IMG/VR virus record: IMGVR_UViG_3300045836_000189 | Location: 116,296-136,295 of that record | Origin: an uncultured virus (IMG/VR IMGVR_UViG_3300045836_000189) | Lineage: Duplodnaviria; Heunggongvirae; Uroviricota; Caudoviricetes | Reading direction: 5' to 3' (one strand) | DNA: 20,000 nucleotides | Part shown: in pieces, positions 16,364 through 20,000 of the stretch | Layout of the letters: every line of letters begins with the position of its first letter | Numbering within the stretch: position 1 is the stretch's first letter | Notes under the pieces: generated by a model | What the model was told of the DNA's origin: nothing | Database searches by the model: none | Seen by the model: the letters and a program-made list of their open reading frames with translations, nothing else | Made by a program: the position numbers and the translations under genes

Positions 16364-16397
16364 AGTGTTTTGAATGAGTTAATGAGTTTGTGGATTG

Positions 16398-16470
16398 TGG
16401 GGAGAGAAGGATTCGAACCAACGACCTTCCGGGTATAAGCCGGATGCTCTATCCACTGAGCTATCTCCCC
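16398..16470 (-). tRNA. tRNA-Ile(TAT)
   Basis: Reverse complement: GGGGAGA TA GCTC AGTGGATA GAGC A TCCGG CT TAT AC CCGGA AGGTC GTTGG TTCGAAT CCTTC TCTCCCC A. Full cloverleaf with A73; CCA not encoded (CAA follows). Confidence 0.9.
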
Positions 16471-16477
16471 ATATAAT

Positions 16478-16503
16478 AAGAGCTAGAAGTTAATCCGGCT
16501 CTT
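16478..16503 (-). other. Hairpin immediately upstream of tRNA-Ile
   Basis: AAGAGCCGGA-TTAACT-TCTAGCTCTT imperfect inverted repeat. Confidence 0.4.
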
Positions 16504-16514
16504 AAATAAGTTAA

Positions 16515-16874
16515 TTATTCAGCTGAGTTGAATTCAGCAAGAATACCGGAGAAGTAAGCTATTGAGTCCTCTGTGGCTGCTTTTACAGCAATAGCATTCT
16601 CCAGGTTTTCCTGGGCACGCACAATACCTTGTGCATAGGCTTTATTATCACTAAACAAGTTAGTGGGATACTTAGCTGCAGCCAATGCTTCTTCAGCTGA
16701 TTCCACTGCGTTCTCGTCATCAACGAGTTTAGCTTTCAGAGCGGCTACCTGACCTTCCAGGGCAGATACAGCTTTACGGGCAATTTTACCGGCTAATGCT
16801 TCAGTGTCATCACCTTTTAAACGGTTAAGAATTCCAGCTACTAAAATGGTCTTTTTTGATGTGTTTTTTGACAT
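16515..16874 (-). CDS. Hypothetical coiled-coil protein
   Basis: Ala-rich helical 119-aa ORF; start context AAAAACCATG. Confidence 0.75.
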   Translation of the reverse strand: MSKNTSKKTILVAGILNRLKGDDTEALAGKIARKAVSALEGQVAALKAKLVDDENAVESAEEALAAAKYPTNLFSDNKAYAQGIVRAQENLENAIAVKAATEDSIAYFSGILAEFNSAE

Positions 16875-16879
16875 GGTTT

Positions 16880-18472
16880 TTACGGATTAAGGATTATTAT
16901 TTTTGTTACTTGTTTCTTTTTGGTTAGTACTACGGGACTTTGATGACTAACCTGTGGCTGTCCCAGGGCTGCAGGTGTTTTTACGGGTAATGTGACAGGA
17001 GTGTTATCGGGCTGAGGGGATGGATTAACAGGGTAACAGAATGAATCCAATATTCTGATGTTTGCTGATTCATATATACCCAGATCTGCAGGCGTGATTT
17101 CTACATTGGTGTTTTCATCAAACCATTTTCTGTCATTGCCTAAGAAGGATAGAGTCAGGTTGTCGGAAAATAGTGCATAAGAATCAGTATACATAACCCA
17201 TCTTTCATTTAATCCCCACTTATGACCTAATTCAAACAACCTTTCCTGCACTCTTCTGGAGAGATCAGGGTTATTTCCTATCCAGATCTTGAACTTTTGT
17301 GGTAGGTTAATAACCGGCTTCTCTTCCTGGATGATTTCAGCCCATTTGTTATTATAGGCATAGTAAACACAGAGTTCATCTCCCTCAACAGGAACGAAAA
17401 CATCCTCATATCCATACCGTGGATCCCCTGCTACTGTTCCAGATTTCCCGGATAATGCACTCTTAATTTTAGTACCAACCGGATACCTACTAAGGGCTTC
17501 TGCTAAGAGATCGTCTTCTGGAGTTGATTTAGATTCCTGTGATTTCCAGAACTCTTCAAATCCTTCTGCTGCTATACGGACATCTGCTGAAGTACGATCA
17601 AGTTTGATTGCAGGTTTTCCTTTTACATAATCAATGTTAAGAATTCTCCGATCTCTATAAAAACCAGACATTGCAGTCCATTTATCAAATACACCGTTAG
17701 TGAAGTTTCCTTCTTTACTACTCCAATCATTGATTACTTTCTCAGGAACAGTTTTACCAACCAGGTGTTGATATTTGCTGAGATCTGGTTGCTGCTTAGG
17801 ATTCCACTCATCATAGAGGATTTGAGCTTTGTCAGTAGTATTACCCCCTCTAAGCTTTTCATACACTTCATCAAAAGGACAGGTAGAAGATGCCCCAATA
17901 TAGTTCCTAAGAGCACTTAAACTCAGGTTCATGGCCTTGGTTTCCCTAAGCCATTTATCCAGTATTGACTCTTGAGGTATATCATACTCTTCAAACTCTG
18001 ATTCCAGCATAGAGTACGCACCACCAGTTCTTGATCTTACTGACATTTTATAGCAACCTCTTTCAGGAACGTAATCGTAGTACTCTAAGATTTTGCCTTT
18101 ATACCCCCCTTGCTCATTACCTCCATGATAATAAGAAATAGTTATACCATTTGCATGAGTACAGTCTTCTCTGTTCTTATAAGTGACCGTATCACCTACT
18201 TTAAATCTTGGCTCCGGTTTTGTTTTTTTGGGTTCTGTAATAATTTCAGCCCAATTATTGTAAGTATAGATCCGGGCTTTTTTCCTACCTGCAGGATTGG
18301 GAGCTACGTCAATGTACATATGAACACTTGTCCACGCATCTGGTGCTTCCATCAGGCTTTTAAACGGATCATCTGCCACTATAAATTCTTTACCTTTTAC
18401 AAGGTCTTTGAAACGGGCACCAGGGACAAATCCTTTTTCTAAGGCCCTGGTCATAAATTCACTATTTCTCAT
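16880..18472 (-). CDS. Mosaic multi-domain phage protein with internal repeat
   Basis: Two copies of a module ending in W-A-E-I-I (RALEKGFVPGARF...YNNWAEII; EALSRYPVGTKI...YNNKWAEII), an FKVGDTV barrel start and a Pro-rich tail; AAGGAGG upstream. Confidence 0.8.
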   Translation of the reverse strand: MRNSEFMTRALEKGFVPGARFKDLVKGKEFIVADDPFKSLMEAPDAWTSVHMYIDVAPNPAGRKKARIYTYNNWAEIITEPKKTKPEPRFKVGDTVTYKNREDCTHANGITISYYHGGNEQGGYKGKILEYYDYVPERGCYKMSVRSRTGGAYSMLESEFEEYDIPQESILDKWLRETKAMNLSLSALRNYIGASSTCPFDEVYEKLRGGNTTDKAQILYDEWNPKQQPDLSKYQHLVGKTVPEKVINDWSSKEGNFTNGVFDKWTAMSGFYRDRRILNIDYVKGKPAIKLDRTSADVRIAAEGFEEFWKSQESKSTPEDDLLAEALSRYPVGTKIKSALSGKSGTVAGDPRYGYEDVFVPVEGDELCVYYAYNNKWAEIIQEEKPVINLPQKFKIWIGNNPDLSRRVQERLFELGHKWGLNERWVMYTDSYALFSDNLTLSFLGNDRKWFDENTNVEITPADLGIYESANIRILDSFCYPVNPSPQPDNTPVTLPVKTPAALGQPQVSHQSPVVLTKKKQVTKIIILNP

Positions 18473-18483
18473 GTTCCTCCTTT

Positions 18484-18663
18484 CTATGGACTCATTTGAT
18501 ACTCATCAAAATCCATGACCAGAAAATAGGCCAGGATCAGTGTTAAAACAATAGCAAGCCACATTTCAGGCTGACCTCTTAAGATCAGGATGACGGGCAA
18601 TAGGGTAAGGATGGCTATAATACGGAGTATAATAATCACCATAAGTGTTCTTTTACCCCTCAT
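18484..18663 (-). CDS. 59-aa two-TM membrane protein
   Basis: Not in ORF track. MRGKRTLMVIIILRIIAILTLLPVILILRGQPEMWLAIVLTLILAYFLVMDFDEYQMSP; ATGA-coupled to the upstream gene. Confidence 0.7.
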   Translation of the reverse strand: MRGKRTLMVIIILRIIAILTLLPVILILRGQPEMWLAIVLTLILAYFLVMDFDEYQMSP

Positions 18664-18866
18664 AACCTATCCCTTTCTTGAAATTCATCCCGGAAGCTAT
18701 CCAGGCTGGTAGCTATCCACAAAAGCATAATCAGGATCAGGTACAGAAAAGTAGCTGTAATAATATCCCCGGCAGACAGCTTGATCTGTAAAAACAGGGG
18801 AACAAGAAGTGCCATGGATATATAAAAGATCGTGCAGTAGCAAAATAACCTATTAAACGTTGCCAT
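18660..18866 (-). CDS. Two-TM membrane protein
   Basis: Two hydrophobic segments; TAATG coupling. Confidence 0.7.
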   Translation of the reverse strand: MATFNRLFCYCTIFYISMALLVPLFLQIKLSAGDIITATFLYLILIMLLWIATSLDSFRDEFQERDRL

Positions 18867-19096
18867 TATTTGTTAGTGGTTATGGATTTCCCACACTTCG
18901 TGCAGTACATCTCCTGGTAAGCGTAAGTAAGTGATTTGTATTGGATGATATGTTTTCCTCCTGCAGGGCAGTTCTCCTTGAGAAATGTCTTTTCCTTGGA
19001 AGGAGCAAGGTCTCCATTGAGCCAGGCAGCAAATATGAACACAAATGCTGTTGCTACAAGAGATCCGACAATGATATAGAAGGCTAACATAATCAT
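18866..19096 (-). CDS. Membrane-anchored protein with small Zn-finger-like tail
   Basis: N-terminal TM segment; C-x5-H...CTKCG. Confidence 0.65.
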   Translation of the reverse strand: MIMLAFYIIVGSLVATAFVFIFAAWLNGDLAPSKEKTFLKENCPAGGKHIIQYKSLTYAYQEMYCTKCGKSITTNK

Positions 19097-19157
19097 AATG
19101 CCAGGATATGTCCAAGGGTTAAGAGTAACCCCAGGATGTATACGATAAAGAATGTTT

Positions 19158-19499
19158 TCATGATTGTTTCAGTTTTTCAGAGAGCTGGTCTAATGCAGTC
19201 TCTATTTTGTCAATGATATGTGGATTTGTTAGTTGACTGATGTTAACGGGTCTGTTTACTTGGTCATAAGCCTCTATTTCATAATCTTCAGCATATCTCC
19301 AGGAATAGGATTTCCCTGCAGCACGGTAATTCAAAGGATCAAAACAGATTCTTGTGTTACCGTTTGTGTCATCTCCTCTTAAGTCTATTTCTGGCCGTAA
19401 CCAGTCACAGTCCTCCCGTTGCTTAAAGACAAAGTCTTTTTTCCAGGCATCAAACTCTGTGTTTTCCAATAAGACAATATAATCCCCCTGCTTAAACAT
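19158..19499 (-). CDS. Hypothetical protein with shared C-terminal helix
   Basis: FKQGDYIV...WRYAEDYEIEAY...PVNIS; tail IDKIETALDQLSEKLKQS. Confidence 0.8.
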   Translation of the reverse strand: MFKQGDYIVLLENTEFDAWKKDFVFKQREDCDWLRPEIDLRGDDTNGNTRICFDPLNYRAAGKSYSWRYAEDYEIEAYDQVNRPVNISQLTNPHIIDKIETALDQLSEKLKQS

Positions 19500-19842
19500 C
19501 TTTCCCCCCTTTTAACTTATCTTCCAGTTGATTTAAGGCTTCATCCAGTTTTTGTATGGTTGGTGTATAGTCTACCTCAGAGATGTTAATAGGACCCTCA
19601 GCTTTATTGTAAGCATCTATCTCCTCCTGGGTAGCAGGACGCAGATCTACTAAAGAAAAATTCATACCCCACCTATTATGTTCCAGGATGGCAACCTTAC
19701 GGTGAACATTTCCAGATGGTAGAGCATCATCTTCTTCATTATAAGTGCACATTGCCACTGTACCTATGAGAGATTGATATTTAAAATATCTTGAGGTACA
19801 TGATTTTATTACTACAATATCTTGATTTCTCACTGTTTCCAT
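19492..19842 (-). CDS. Hypothetical protein with shared C-terminal helix
   Basis: NQDIVVI...LRPATQEEIDAY...PINIS; tail IQKLDEALNQLEDKLK. Confidence 0.8.
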   Translation of the reverse strand: METVRNQDIVVIKSCTSRYFKYQSLIGTVAMCTYNEEDDALPSGNVHRKVAILEHNRWGMNFSLVDLRPATQEEIDAYNKAEGPINISEVDYTPTIQKLDEALNQLEDKLKGGKDV

Positions 19843-19895
19843 ACTGGTTCAGATTAAAGCCTGGAAGATGTTCCCCCCCCCCAGGCTTAATAGAG

Positions 19896-20000
19896 TTACA
19901 CTTTCCGGACGGACAGCCGGTTGATACTTGGTCTGTCAGCAATACATAGATCACTGAACATACTGCTGATTTCATCATGGATAGATTCCTGTGATGATTT
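19896..20000 (-). CDS. Probable 3' end of a gene entering from beyond the window
   Basis: Open frame KSSQESIHDEISSMFSDLCIADRPSINRLSVRKV*, followed by a hairpin (AAGCCTGG...CCAGGCTT, about 19857-19888). Confidence 0.35.
   Translation of the reverse strand, partial: KSSQESIHDEISSMFSDLCIADRPSINRLSVRKV

Noticed and set aside
1231..18442. All plus-strand ORFs in the track
   Set aside because: They lie antisense to better-supported minus-strand genes, and have no recognisable motifs.
3533..18486. Possible TAG stop reassignment (readthrough at 3545 and 18484 would give ATGA overlaps; a Gln-like tRNA is present)
   Set aside because: Genes tile the window under the standard code, no recognisable domain is split by TAG, the TAG stops at 8462 and 10510 show no such pattern, and the tRNA anticodon is TTG, not CTA.
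3469..19978. Alternative-frame minus-strand ORFs (e.g. 3469, 3858, 4535, 6015, 7210, 8520, 12953, 13628, 14250, 16215, 17734, 18873, 19781)
   Set aside because: Nested in or overlapping stronger genes, tRNAs or hairpins, with atypical composition.

Overview
A densely packed, entirely minus-strand block of mostly small genes that looks like the accessory (probably early) region of a large bacteriophage. A Bacteroidota host is inferred from A-rich, mostly Shine-Dalgarno-less starts, a TTTG-N19-TAnnTTTA promoter-like element and a GH73-like hydrolase. Recognisable products are a partial GH73 glucosaminidase, a WGR-domain protein, a macrodomain protein, two AAA+ ATPases (one clearly ARC/Mpa proteasome-ATPase-like), a ParB-N-like protein, a YkgJ-like Cys-cluster protein, a standalone wHTH, a DUF1360-like membrane protein, a lipoprotein with a membrane-anchored partner, a putative Cys-His-Asp enzyme and two tRNAs (an atypical Gln-TTG and an Ile-TAT). 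The most striking pattern is that about 10 small proteins with different beta-rich N-terminal domains share one acidic amphipathic helix near the C-terminus (h-x-x-h-x-x-x-L-[DEN]-x-L-x-x-K-L, h = hydrophobic). They are five tandem MIB/HERC2-like proteins, two paralog pairs and the WGR protein. Seven of them lie just downstream of the Mpa-like ATPase, which retains the N-terminal coiled coil that binds the Pup helix in Mpa. Hypothesis (inference only): a phage-encoded modular adaptor plus unfoldase system. All family calls come from motif recognition by eye and from recalled consensus sequences; no database searches were run.
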